From positions 1,344,001-1,408,000 of the forward strand of contig CBDDFZ010000002.1 of NCBI GenBank assembly GCA_965227515.1: 64,000 nucleotides of DNA, read 5' to 3'. The stretch is from Alphaproteobacteria bacterium (lineage in GTDB: Bacteria > Pseudomonadota > Alphaproteobacteria > CALKHQ01). The notes under the pieces are model-generated. The model was given only the letters and a program-made list of their open reading frames with translations, was not told the DNA's origin and ran no database searches. The position numbers and the translations under genes were made by a program. Of this stretch, positions 18,896 to 32,899 are shown piece after piece (position 1 is the stretch's first letter; each line of letters starts with the position of its first letter).

Positions 18896-19735
18896 TCAGG
18901 CGGTGCCCCAGAACCACCAGATCAGGAAGGCGCCGAATGCAATGCGGTAGAGCACGAACGGCCAGTAGCCGGCCTTGCGCAGCCACGCCATCATCGCCCA
19001 GATCGCGACCAGCGCCGCCACGAACGACAATGCCAGTCCCAGCAGGGCATCGGTGGTGACGGCCCAGTCGCCGGCGTCGACCAGTTCCTTGCCGATCAGA
19101 AGACCGGCGCCGGCAATGGCCGGGATCGACAGCAGCAGCGAGAAGCGTGCGGCCTCGTCGCGCTCATAGCCCAGGAAGCGCGCCGCGGTCATGGTGACGC
19201 CGGCGCGGCTGGTGCCCGGGACCAGCGCCAGAACTTGGGCGAGCCCGATGATGAACGCATCGACCAGGCGCAGATGGCCCAGGCGCTTGATGGTCATGGT
19301 CATGGCATCGGCGATGAACAACAGGATGCCGAAGCCGATGGACGTGACCCCGATCACCACCGGGTCGCGCAGGCTCATCATGAGCTCGCCGTTCATGAAG
19401 CCGCCGTCGGCATCGTCGCCGGTCGTGGAGATCAGGTAGCCCGCCGCGACGATGGGCAGCGTGCCGACGATGACGCCCCAGGTTAGCCGGCTGTTGGCAT
19501 CGAAGCGCCCCCACAGCGGGCTGACCAGGCCGACGATCATGCGCAGCAGGTCGCGCCAGAAATAGATCATCACGGCGAGCAAGGTGCCGACATGGACGGC
19601 GACATCGAAGCTGAGACCCTGGTCCGGCCAGCCGAAGATCTGCGACGTGACCACCAGGTGCCCGGACGAACTGATCGGCAGGAACTCGGTGATGCCCTGC
19701 ACCAGTGCCAGGACAGCGGTTTGCAGCAGGTCCAA
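18896..19735 (-). CDS. uppP: Undecaprenyl-diphosphate phosphatase (BacA)
   Basis: QGITEFLPISSSGH, PGTSRAG; probable TTG start after GAGGGG. Confidence 0.95.
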   Translation of the reverse strand: MDLLQTAVLALVQGITEFLPISSSGHLVVTSQIFGWPDQGLSFDVAVHVGTLLAVMIYFWRDLLRMIVGLVSPLWGRFDANSRLTWGVIVGTLPIVAAGYLISTTGDDADGGFMNGELMMSLRDPVVIGVTSIGFGILLFIADAMTMTIKRLGHLRLVDAFIIGLAQVLALVPGTSRAGVTMTAARFLGYERDEAARFSLLLSIPAIAGAGLLIGKELVDAGDWAVTTDALLGLALSFVAALVAIWAMMAWLRKAGYWPFVLYRIAFGAFLIWWFWGTA

Positions 19736-20215
19736 TGACGCCCCCTCGATACGTGGCCGCAGGCCCCCAGCACGCGGCATGGTTCGTGCGGCGGCCCGGC
19801 CCGACGCTGATATCCGACAAGGGCGAGTCGGCGCTATGGTTTCGCGATCGCATCCATGTCCGGCAATTCGCAGCGACTCGCTATTATTCCGTTCGGGGAC
19901 TAAGTTGTGGTTTGGGGCTGGCTATCGCACAGGCCCATGCGCAACGTTGGTGTATTACCGTTCGGAAAGGTCAATACTAGATAACCAATTTCCAGTTTGC
20001 GGTTGTCGACGCAGGGATTTCCGGCTAGACTTCACCTTCATCCAGGTAGGCGTTTGCCGGGACGTCATGTCCAACGCGCGAGCGCCGCAAGGATGGCCAG
20101 GCAACGCATCGCCGCCGTGGACGAGACAGGTGAGGTCTTGTCGAGTGGCGTTGCCGTGGGCCCGGCAGGGAAAGTTCCCGCCATGTTTGGGGTAGACTAG
20201 GGAGCGCTATCGGCA

Positions 20216-21676
20216 ATGCCCGGTCGCATGCTGCAATTCGTCAATGTCGGCCAGCGCATGCCAGACAAGCGCGCTGCCGAGGAGCGTCGCGAGGACTTCC
20301 GCGAGATCTATGCGGAGTACGCGCGCGAGCGCGCCCAGCAGCAGTCGTCGCGCTGTTCCCAGTGCGGCGTGCCGTATTGCCAGGTGCATTGCCCGCTCAG
20401 CAACAACATCCCCGACTGGCTGATGCTCACCGCCAACGGGCGGCTGGAAGAGGCGTACGAGGTCTCGTCGGCGACCAACACGTTCCCGGAAATCTGCGGC
20501 CGCATCTGCCCGCAGGACCGGCTGTGCGAGGGCAATTGCGTCATCGAGCAGTCGACCCACGGCACCGTCACCATCGGCGCGGTCGAGAAGTACATCACCG
20601 AGACCGCGTTCGAGAGCGGATGGGTGCGGCCGATCAAGCCGCGCGAGGAACTGGCGCAGTCGGTCGGCATCATCGGCGCCGGTCCCGGCGGGCTGGCGGC
20701 TGCGGCGCGGCTGCGCGCGATGGGCTATCAGGCCACGGTGTACGACCGCTATGACCGGGCCGGCGGCCTGCTGATCTACGGCATTCCGAACTTCAAGCTG
20801 GAAAAGCAGGTGGTCACGCGCCGCCGCGACTGGCTGGCGGAGAGCGGCGTCGCCTTCGAGCTGGATTGCGACGTCGGCAACGATATCTCGTTCGAGGAGC
20901 TGCGCGCGCGGCACGACGCGGTGCTGATCGCGACCGGCGTCTACAAGGCACGCGCCATCCAGGTGCCGGGCGTCGGCCTGCCCAACGTCGTCGATGCGCT
21001 GGACTTCCTGGTCTCGTCCAACCGCAAGGGCCTGGGCGACAAGGTGCCGGAGTTCGACAGCGGAGCGCTGAACGCCGAGGACAAACAGGTGGTTGTCATC
21101 GGCGGTGGCGACACCGCCATGGACTGCGTGCGTACCGCCGTGCGCCAGGGGGCAACGTCGGTGACCTGCCTCTACCGCCGCGACCGCGCCAACATGCCGG
21201 GCTCGCAGCGCGAAGTGGCCAACGCCGAGGAAGAGGGCGTGGTGTTCGAGTGGCTGGCCGCGCCGGACGCCTTCGTCGGCGATGTCGACGGCGGGGTCGA
21301 AGGCGTGCGCGCCCATCGCATGCGGTTGGGCCCGTCGGACGCCACCGGGCGCCAGGCGCCCGAGCCGCTGCCCGACAGCCAGTTCACCGTGCCGGCCGAC
21401 CTCGTCATCAAGGCGCTGGGTTTCGACCCGGAGGACCTGCCGCACGCATTCGGCATGCCGGAGCTGCCGGTCACCCGCTGGGGCACGTTGAAGGTCGACT
21501 GGTCGACCCTGATGACCGAGATGGACGGGGTGTTTGCCGCTGGCGACATCATCCGCGGCGCGTCCCTGGTGGTCTGGGCGGTGCGCGACGGCCATGACGC
21601 GGCGGCCGCGATCGACGTGTACCTGCAGGCCAAGGCGGCCGGAGTCGAGACCGCGGCGACGATCGCCGCCGAATAG
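20216..21676 (+). CDS. gltD: Glutamate synthase small (beta) subunit
   Basis: RCSQCGVPYC..HCP, CGRICPQDRLCEGNC, GAGPGG, GGGDTAMDC. Confidence 0.97.
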   Translation: MPGRMLQFVNVGQRMPDKRAAEERREDFREIYAEYARERAQQQSSRCSQCGVPYCQVHCPLSNNIPDWLMLTANGRLEEAYEVSSATNTFPEICGRICPQDRLCEGNCVIEQSTHGTVTIGAVEKYITETAFESGWVRPIKPREELAQSVGIIGAGPGGLAAAARLRAMGYQATVYDRYDRAGGLLIYGIPNFKLEKQVVTRRRDWLAESGVAFELDCDVGNDISFEELRARHDAVLIATGVYKARAIQVPGVGLPNVVDALDFLVSSNRKGLGDKVPEFDSGALNAEDKQVVVIGGGDTAMDCVRTAVRQGATSVTCLYRRDRANMPGSQREVANAEEEGVVFEWLAAPDAFVGDVDGGVEGVRAHRMRLGPSDATGRQAPEPLPDSQFTVPADLVIKALGFDPEDLPHAFGMPELPVTRWGTLKVDWSTLMTEMDGVFAAGDIIRGASLVVWAVRDGHDAAAAIDVYLQAKAAGVETAATIAAE

Positions 21677-21749
21677 TCCGGCTGCTGCCGGTTTCGAGCA
21701 ATACTGCCGTGGCCGCCGGCCGCGCGCGATCAGGGGTTGAGGGTGTGCC

Positions 21750-26309
<4,560 letters not shown>

Positions 26310-26326
26310 ACGCACACGCTGATACG

Positions 26327-26932
26327 ATGCTATTGGACGCTTCCGGGCCGCTCGTGGTCCTGGACCTGGAATTCACTGCCTGGCGCGGCTCGCGCGAGCG
26401 CAACTGGTCGCGCCGCGGCGAGCACCGCGAGATCATCCACATCGGCGCCGTGCGCCTGGGCCCCGGGCCGGCGTTCGAGGAAACCGACATCCTGGACATC
26501 CTGGTCCGCCCGGCGCGCAACCCGAACCTGTCGGACTACATCGTCGACCTGACCGGCATCACCCAGGAGGAACTGGACGAGGACGGCATGCCCTACGCCG
26601 AGGCGCAGGAGATGCTGGACGAGTTCGTCACCGAGGATGTCGCCATGGTGCTGGCCAATGGCGACGACCGCGATGTGCTGCGGGAGAATGCGGACCTGAA
26701 CCAGGTGAAATGGTTCAGCCGCGACGACAGTATGACGAATATTCGCGACTGGCTGGCCAACGGCCTGGAGCGCGAGCCGGGCTCGTTCGAGAGCGCGGAA
26801 CTGCCGGCCCTGCTGGGGGCGGAGTCGCCCGGTCCGGCGCACGACGCACTGGCGGACGCGCGGGCGATTGCGCTCGCCATGCGGCTGTTGTACCCACGTG
26901 GGTTTTCGCGCGCCGGCGAAGAGGCCGACTGA
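26327..26932 (+). CDS. DEDDh 3'-5' exonuclease (ERI-1/KapD-like)
   Basis: DLEFT, REIIHIGAV, LTGITQEE, HDALADA. Confidence 0.85.
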   Translation: MLLDASGPLVVLDLEFTAWRGSRERNWSRRGEHREIIHIGAVRLGPGPAFEETDILDILVRPARNPNLSDYIVDLTGITQEELDEDGMPYAEAQEMLDEFVTEDVAMVLANGDDRDVLRENADLNQVKWFSRDDSMTNIRDWLANGLEREPGSFESAELPALLGAESPGPAHDALADARAIALAMRLLYPRGFSRAGEEAD

Positions 26933-26996
26933 CGCGCGTGGCGATGGCCGGGCTGCCGGCCGCGATCCCAATTTTACAAGCGGGCACGGTGACAGC

Positions 26997-27671
26997 TTGG
27001 GCTCCGATCGGACATTGATTCACATGTGGCTGTCGCCGGCCTGCCGGGCGGTGCGCATTCTGCTGGCCGAGAAGGACCTGCCGTTCGAGCTGAAGTTCGA
27101 GAACGTGCTCGACCGGCGCGAGCCGTTCCTGCGCCTCAACCCGGCGGGCGAGGTGCCGACCCTGGTGGAGAACGAGCGCGTCATCGGCGGCGCCCACGCC
27201 ATTCTGGAATACCTCGATGAGGTCCATCCGGAGCCGGCGATGCTGTGGGGCGACCCGGTCCAGCGGGCGGAGATCAGGCGCCTGGTCGACTGGTTCGCCG
27301 GCAAGTTCGAGCGCGAGGTGACCGAGAATCTGGTCGGCGAGAAGATCTTCAAGCGCTTCTACGGCCAGGGGCACCCGGACTCGACGGCGGTACGCGCCGG
27401 CCACATGAACGTGCTCTACCACCTGCAATATGTCAGCTACCTGGCCGACCGCAGGCGGTGGCTGGCCGGCGATTCAATGTCGCTGGCCGATATTTGGGCC
27501 GCCGCTCAGCTGAGCTGCATCGACTATCTGGGCGACATCCGCTGGGACGACCATCCCGTGGCGCGGGACTGGTATGCCCGCATGAAGTCGCGCCCCAGCT
27601 TCCGCCCGCTGCTGGCCGACCACCTGCCCGGCGCCAAACCGCCGAAGCACTACGCCGATCTGGATTTCTAG
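26997..27671 (+). CDS. fzlA: Glutathione S-transferase family protein, FzlA-like (start uncertain)
   Basis: LNPAGEVP, ILEYLDE, WYARMKSRPSFRPLL and C-terminal HYADLDF typical of alphaproteobacterial FzlA. Confidence 0.7.
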   Translation: MGSDRTLIHMWLSPACRAVRILLAEKDLPFELKFENVLDRREPFLRLNPAGEVPTLVENERVIGGAHAILEYLDEVHPEPAMLWGDPVQRAEIRRLVDWFAGKFEREVTENLVGEKIFKRFYGQGHPDSTAVRAGHMNVLYHLQYVSYLADRRRWLAGDSMSLADIWAAAQLSCIDYLGDIRWDDHPVARDWYARMKSRPSFRPLLADHLPGAKPPKHYADLDF

Positions 27672-27805
27672 CTCGCCACTGTTGCGACAGGCGTCGGCAC
27701 CGCGTGCCGGCACCGCTGCCCATGACCGCACTACAGCCTTCGGAACACTTCGCGCCGCATCGTGTTGTCCCTGCCAGAGACCACGCCAACGGTGGGAGAT
27801 GTGTT

Positions 27806-28561
27806 GTGCTTTATGCCCTGAAGGACCTGCAACACTATGCCCTGCAGGCAACCGACGACACGTTGGGCACGGTCAAGGACATCTACTTTGACGATAGCGA
27901 CTGGTCGGTGCGCTATCTGGTCGCCAACAGCGGCGGATGGCTGTTCGGCCGGGAGGTGCTGCTGAGCGTTTCGGCGCTTGGCGAGTCGGACCCGGAGGAG
28001 AACAACATCGCCGTGGCGCTGACCAAGCAGGAGATCAAGAACGCGCCCTCGCCGGCGACGCACCTGCCGGTTTCTGAGCGGGGCCGGGATGCCAAGTTGC
28101 CCCTGTATATCAGCAGCGAGGCGCACACCCCGTTCCCGACCTACATGCCCATGTTCGGCATGGCGTTGCAGGGCCGGCCTTACGACGGGTCGAGCCACGA
28201 GGCCGACCTGGCGGTGCGCGAAGCCGCCGACCCGCACCTGCGCAGCGCCGATGACCTCTGTGGCTATGCAATCCACGCGAAGGACGGAAATGTCGGCTCG
28301 GTCGCCGATGTGATCGTTGACCAGAACCCCTGGCGGCTCCGCTACATGGTCGTCGACACCGCCGGCTGGTTCAGCGAGCGGCTGGTCGTGCTGGGCGTCG
28401 ACTGGATCACGTCGATGGACTGGCACGAACGCGAGATTGTCGTGCCGGTGACCAAGCAGAGGGTCGAGGACAGCCCGCCGCTGAAGAGCCTGCGCGACCT
28501 GGACCGGCCGTTCGAGCAGCGGCTGCACGAGGCGTTCGGGTTCCCGCTCTACTGGCGGTGA
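27806..28561 (+). CDS. Tandem PRC-barrel domain protein
   Basis: Two GxVxD..D...WxxRYxV...GGW repeats, DPHLRS, ends in YW; GTG start after GGGAG. Confidence 0.85.
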   Translation: MLYALKDLQHYALQATDDTLGTVKDIYFDDSDWSVRYLVANSGGWLFGREVLLSVSALGESDPEENNIAVALTKQEIKNAPSPATHLPVSERGRDAKLPLYISSEAHTPFPTYMPMFGMALQGRPYDGSSHEADLAVREAADPHLRSADDLCGYAIHAKDGNVGSVADVIVDQNPWRLRYMVVDTAGWFSERLVVLGVDWITSMDWHEREIVVPVTKQRVEDSPPLKSLRDLDRPFEQRLHEAFGFPLYWR

Positions 28562-28641
28562 TCCTGCGCCACCAAGGCATATCTGGGCAATACGCCTGGT
28601 CCTGCGTTACCATGCCCCGTGTCATGGACTTGGGGCTCGCC

Positions 28642-29058
28642 ATGGAGCAAATCTCTGCCGAAGACTTTCATGCTGTCGTGGCCGACCGGCCCCGGGTAGC
28701 GGCGGTGCTGCATGCCGGCCCGCTGGCCGATCACGAGGATGTCGCGCGCCTGGTCGAGGAGGTCGAACCGGGCGCGGGCGACTGGGCCTGGCTCGGCGTC
28801 GACACGGACGATGCATCCGACCTCGCCGCCATGTTCGGTGTCGAGGCCGCCGACCCCAACCTGCTTGTGATGCGCGACCGGGTGGTGCTGTACTGCGCCC
28901 CGGTGGTGGCGCGTTCGGCGCCGGAAACGCTGGAGTTGCTGCAGCGCGCGGGCACGCTGGACATGCAGCGGGTCCAGGGTGAAATCCAGGCCAAACGCGA
29001 CAACGAGCAGGCGCTGGCCGGCCGGCGTGTGTGTCCAATGGCGTGGCGGTCGCGCTGA
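28642..29058 (+). CDS. Thioredoxin-like protein lacking the CxxC motif
   Basis: VDTD..SDLAAMFGV...P.LLVMRDRVVLY...LDMQRV resembles the C-terminal half of a thioredoxin; TGATG overlap with next gene. Confidence 0.6.
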   Translation: MEQISAEDFHAVVADRPRVAAVLHAGPLADHEDVARLVEEVEPGAGDWAWLGVDTDDASDLAAMFGVEAADPNLLVMRDRVVLYCAPVVARSAPETLELLQRAGTLDMQRVQGEIQAKRDNEQALAGRRVCPMAWRSR

Positions 29059-30062
29059 TGGCGGCGCCCAAGATCCTGATCAATATCGCCCAGCTCCATG
29101 GCCGGCCGGCACCGTTCCTGCAAAGGCTGCAGGACGCAGGCTTCGACCTGGTTCTGAACGAGACCGGCGCACTGCTGCCGGAGGACGAGTTGATCCGACG
29201 CCTGCCGGGCGTCTACGCCACCATGGCCGGTGGCGAGTTCTACAACGAGCGGGTGTTCGCGGCGGCGCCGGACCTGCGCGTGGTCGCGCGCTATGGCGTG
29301 GGTTACGACAGGGTCGATGTGGACGCAGCCAGCCGGCACAACGTCGCCGTCGCGATGGGCTTCGGCTCCAACCACGAGACGGTCGCTGACTTCGCCTTCG
29401 GCATGGTGCTCACCCTCGGGCAGAACCTGTTAGCGTATCATGCGAAGGTGGCGTCGGGCGGCTGGGGGTCCACCGTTCGCCCCGGCGTTTGGGGCCGCAC
29501 ATTGGGCTTGGTTGGGCTTGGGCGCATCGGCAGGGCGACCGCGCGCCGGGCTGCCGGCTTCAAGATGCGGGTGATCGGATATGACGCGGACCCCGCCACC
29601 GCCGATGCGGCGCGCGCCGACGGCGTGGAGCCGGTGTCGCTGGAAACCGTGCTGGCCGAGGCCGATTTCGTCTCGCTGCATGCGCCGAACCTGCCCACCA
29701 CCCGCAACATGATGAGCACCGCGCAGTTTGCGGCGATGAAGCCGACCGCGTTCCTGATCAACACCGCGCGCGGCGAACTGATCGACGAGACCGCCCTCCA
29801 CCACGCGCTAACCACCGGCGTTATCGCCGGTGCCGGCCTCGACGTCTTTGCCGTCGAGCCGCCGGTCGGCTCGCCGCTGCTGGCATTGCCGAACGTGGTG
29901 CTGGCGCCGCATGCCGCCGGATTGGACCAGGCGTCCGAGCGGATGATGGCTGAGGCCTGCGTCGACAACATTCTGACATTGCGCGACGGCGGCATCCCGA
30001 TAGAGAATCGCCTGCTCAATCCGCAAGTCATGGACGCTTGGCGCGCAGCCGGCGAAATCTGA
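29058..30062 (+). CDS. D-isomer-specific 2-hydroxyacid (phosphoglycerate dehydrogenase-like) dehydrogenase
   Basis: RYGVGYD, GLGRIG, INTARG, LDVFAVEP, APHAAG. Confidence 0.92.
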   Translation: MAAPKILINIAQLHGRPAPFLQRLQDAGFDLVLNETGALLPEDELIRRLPGVYATMAGGEFYNERVFAAAPDLRVVARYGVGYDRVDVDAASRHNVAVAMGFGSNHETVADFAFGMVLTLGQNLLAYHAKVASGGWGSTVRPGVWGRTLGLVGLGRIGRATARRAAGFKMRVIGYDADPATADAARADGVEPVSLETVLAEADFVSLHAPNLPTTRNMMSTAQFAAMKPTAFLINTARGELIDETALHHALTTGVIAGAGLDVFAVEPPVGSPLLALPNVVLAPHAAGLDQASERMMAEACVDNILTLRDGGIPIENRLLNPQVMDAWRAAGEI

Positions 30063-30074
30063 GGAGACGCGAAT

Positions 30075-30851
30075 ATGCTTGAACGTGCGGGCGCGCTGAA
30101 GGCGCGCGCGAAGGCTGGTGACGTGCTGATGGGGTCGTGGGTGGCCGTTCCAAGCCCGATGGTCGCCGAGATCGTGGCCGACACGGGCTTCGACTATGTG
30201 GTCATCGACACCGAGCATGGGCCGACCGGCTATGAGACGTTGGCCAATATGTTGATGGCGTTCCGCGGCGTCGAGACCGTACCGCTGGTGCGCGTGCAGT
30301 CGAACGATCCGGTGCCGATCAAGCGCACGCTGGACGCCGGTGCCGAGGGCATCATGGTGCCCAACGTCCGCTCGGTGGAGGAGGCGAAGGCCGCCGTTGC
30401 CGCATGCCGTTATCCGCCGGACGGCGAACGCGGCTTCGGGCCGTTGCGCGCGTCGGGCTACTACGCCCACGCCGACGCCTATGTGCCGGCGGCCAACGCA
30501 AACGTCATTGTCGCGATCCAGATCGAGGACAAGCGCGCGGTCGAGGACATCGACAACATCCTCGACGTGCCTGGTATCGACATCGTGGTGGTCGGCCCCA
30601 ACGATATGTCCGGCACCTACGGCCTGTTCCGCCAGCACGACCACCCGACGATGGTGGAGGCGCGCAAGACGGTGATCGCGGCGGCGCGGCAGCGCGGCCT
30701 GCCAGTGTGTCCCGGCATTCCGGTCAGCCCGGACGTGCTGAAGGCGCAGGTTGCGGAGGGCTACACGGTGCTGTTCGCGGCGGCTGATGCCGGCGCGCTG
30801 GTCGAGGGGCTTGCGGTGGCGCTCGCCAATGGCCGGGCGGCAACGTCGTAA
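30075..30851 (+). CDS. HpcH/HpaI aldolase family protein
   Basis: IDTEHG, LDAGAEGIMVP, YPPDGERG, QIED, VGPNDM. Confidence 0.92.
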   Translation: MLERAGALKARAKAGDVLMGSWVAVPSPMVAEIVADTGFDYVVIDTEHGPTGYETLANMLMAFRGVETVPLVRVQSNDPVPIKRTLDAGAEGIMVPNVRSVEEAKAAVAACRYPPDGERGFGPLRASGYYAHADAYVPAANANVIVAIQIEDKRAVEDIDNILDVPGIDIVVVGPNDMSGTYGLFRQHDHPTMVEARKTVIAAARQRGLPVCPGIPVSPDVLKAQVAEGYTVLFAAADAGALVEGLAVALANGRAATS

Positions 30852-30859
30852 CCCACTCT

Positions 30860-30945
30860 AATTCGGTGACAGTTTACTAAATGCGCCGCCCCATCTTTGG
30901 GAAGAACGTGGCGCGTAGCGGTATTTAGTAAACTGTCACCGAATT
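30860..30945. repeat. AT-rich 23-bp perfect inverted repeat with 40-bp spacer (MITE/REP-like)
   Basis: aattcggtgacagtttactaaat (30860-30882) and atttagtaaactgtcaccgaatt (30923-30945). Confidence 0.85.
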
Positions 30946-30949
30946 CAAT

Positions 30950-31036
30950 CGTCATGGTCGGGCTTGTCCCGACCATCCACGACTTTCGTCAGCCGTTGCT
31001 AAGACGTGGATGCCCGCAACAAGTGCGGGCATGACG
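30950..31036. repeat. CGTC-tagged REP doublet, copy 1
   Basis: cgtcATGGTCGGG-CTTGT-CCCGACCATccacg ... cgtggATGCCCGCA-ACAAG-TGCGGGCATgacg. Confidence 0.9.
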
Positions 31037-31092
31037 ACAGTGGTTGGATGCAACCAACGGTGTTGATGAGGAATGGAAAGGTCGACTGCATA

Positions 31093-31851
31093 TCAGGCAG
31101 GCCGACGCGGGATCACCCAGTTCTGCCGCTCCTTGCGCGCGATGAAGTCGACCAGGTAGTCGACCAGCACCTGCTTCATGCGCTGGCCCTTCTCGCGGGT
31201 GGCCTTGCTGCCGTCGCCGGTGGCGCCCAGGTCGGTCAGTTCCTGGTAGTTCCAGAACTCCTGGATCTGGTCGTCCTTCTCGTCGACCATGCCGCGTGCC
31301 CGGTCCGGGTGGGTGAGGGCGGGGATCAACTCCATCGCCAGCGAGGTTTCCGCCTCTCCGCCATGGCCATAGCCCTCGTAGGCGTCCCACATCTCCTTGG
31401 GCAGGATCGACAGCGCGGTCGTCCACCAGCGTTCCATCACCGCGATGGCGACGTCCGGGTGCCGGAGCTTGATATCCTGGGCGGCGACACCGATGCACGG
31501 CACGTTGCCGTCGTGGCCGTTGATGACGACGATCTTCTTGAAGCCCCAGTCGATGACCGAGTTCAGCACGTCGCGGTAGACCGCGATGTTGGTGTCGTGG
31601 CTGACCGAGATCGACATCGGCTGGTGGCGGTAGTGCAGGCTCATGCCGAACCAGAGCGGCGGCAGCACCAGGGTGCGCGGCACCTTCTCCGCCACGGCCA
31701 GCGCCAGGTGGTGGGCGATGAACGCATCGGTGCCGAAGGGAAGGTGGTCGCCATGCCCCTCGCACGAGCCGATCGGCATCAACACCTTGTCGAAATCGCC
31801 GGCCGCGAGATCGGCGGTGTTCAGTTCCTCGTAGCGGAAGGTCTGGGCCAT
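31093..31851 (-). CDS. Creatininase-family amidohydrolase
   Basis: PIGSCEGHGDHLPFGTD, INGHDGN, HGGEAETS. Confidence 0.9.
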   Translation of the reverse strand: MAQTFRYEELNTADLAAGDFDKVLMPIGSCEGHGDHLPFGTDAFIAHHLALAVAEKVPRTLVLPPLWFGMSLHYRHQPMSISVSHDTNIAVYRDVLNSVIDWGFKKIVVINGHDGNVPCIGVAAQDIKLRHPDVAIAVMERWWTTALSILPKEMWDAYEGYGHGGEAETSLAMELIPALTHPDRARGMVDEKDDQIQEFWNYQELTDLGATGDGSKATREKGQRMKQVLVDYLVDFIARKERQNWVIPRRPA

Positions 31852-31872
31852 GGTGCCCTCTCTCTGCGGCCT

Positions 31873-32751
31873 CTACTTGCGGCGGGGCCTTGGTGGGGCG
31901 CCGAACAGAACCTCGCGCACGGCCGACCAGCCGGCCCGCCACGCGGCTTGCAGCGACACGCCGTCGACGGCGACGAAGCGCAGCGACAGGCCACAGCCGC
32001 CGGGCAACGGCGACACGCCGGCGTAGACATCGGGCAGTGCGGCAATGGCGTCGTCGATTGCGCCTTGTAGCGCGGGCAAGTCGGCTGTGGGCGCCCACAG
32101 GAACACGGTGCCGCAGCTGGTGAACGCCGGGTCGCGGCCGATGGACATGGCCTGGAATGCGGTGCCCGACATCGCCTGGCGGTCGCGGGCGAGGAGGGCG
32201 CCGCCGTCGTCCTCCAGCAGCACATCGGTGGTGACCTGACGGAACGGCGCGGCACAGCCTTCGGGGCCGCCGTCGGGATCGTGGGCGATGAAGGATTCGC
32301 CAACCAGCACCACCGCATCGCGCGCCGCGCGGACCCGCGTGGTGCTGACCAGAGCGGCGCCGGGGAACAGGATCGTCGCTTCCGGCAGGTACTCCAGCAC
32401 CGCGCCGGGGCCGGCCTCCAGGGTGGTGGCGATACGCGCCTCGCCGCCGGTCATCGCGTGCACGATGGTCGAGGCCTGGCTGGTCAGGTGCACGGCGGCG
32501 CGCGCCTCGGCCGCGAAGTCCATGGTCAGCCGGTCGTGCTCGAACACCCCGCCGGAGACCGATTGCAGGTACATGGTCGCCATGCCCGCCGGGTCGCCTT
32601 CGTCGCGGTGCGGCCGGCAGATGTGGAACGGGTAGCCCGAGCGCTGGTGCGCGATGAAGGTGTGGCCGTCCGGCGCCCGCCGGAACGCGAGGTCGATGGC
32701 GCCGGTGCGGGCGGTGGCTGCGTCCGCCTGTTTGACGGAGACCACGGTCAT
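31873..32751 (-). CDS. ureD: Urease accessory protein UreD
   Basis: YPFHICRP, SGGVFEHD, TSQASTIVH, LEYLPEATILFPGA; position in the ure operon. Confidence 0.85.
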   Translation of the reverse strand: MTVVSVKQADAATARTGAIDLAFRRAPDGHTFIAHQRSGYPFHICRPHRDEGDPAGMATMYLQSVSGGVFEHDRLTMDFAAEARAAVHLTSQASTIVHAMTGGEARIATTLEAGPGAVLEYLPEATILFPGAALVSTTRVRAARDAVVLVGESFIAHDPDGGPEGCAAPFRQVTTDVLLEDDGGALLARDRQAMSGTAFQAMSIGRDPAFTSCGTVFLWAPTADLPALQGAIDDAIAALPDVYAGVSPLPGGCGLSLRFVAVDGVSLQAAWRAGWSAVREVLFGAPPRPRRK

Positions 32752-32783
32752 GGCGCGTGGTCTCCGACCACAGAACCCGCTCC

Positions 32784-32871
32784 GCCATGCCCGCACTTGC
32801 TGCGGGCATCCACGAAATGTCGGCGAAGCCGACAACAAGACGTGGATGCGCGGATCAAGTCCGCGCATGAC
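32784..32871. repeat. CGTC-tagged REP doublet, copy 2 (between ureG and ureD)
   Basis: gccATGCCCGCA-CTTGC-TGCGGGCATccacg ... cgtggATGCGCGGA-TCAAG-TCCGCGCATgac. Confidence 0.88.
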
Positions 32872-32899
32872 ATAGGAGTATGATGGGGCCCAACGAGAC

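Noticed and set aside
19736-20215. 480-bp uppP/gltD intergenic region as an sRNA or small ORF locus
   Set aside because: No convincing ORF, terminator or stable structure seen; adequately explained by divergent promoters
31873-32868. N-terminal extensions in ORF-track calls (ureD, ureG, ureAB, amiE, urtE-like, recG, phyH, tig)
   Set aside because: Extensions run through REP elements or neighbouring genes; internal starts with an RBS or stop-start overlap fit the families better
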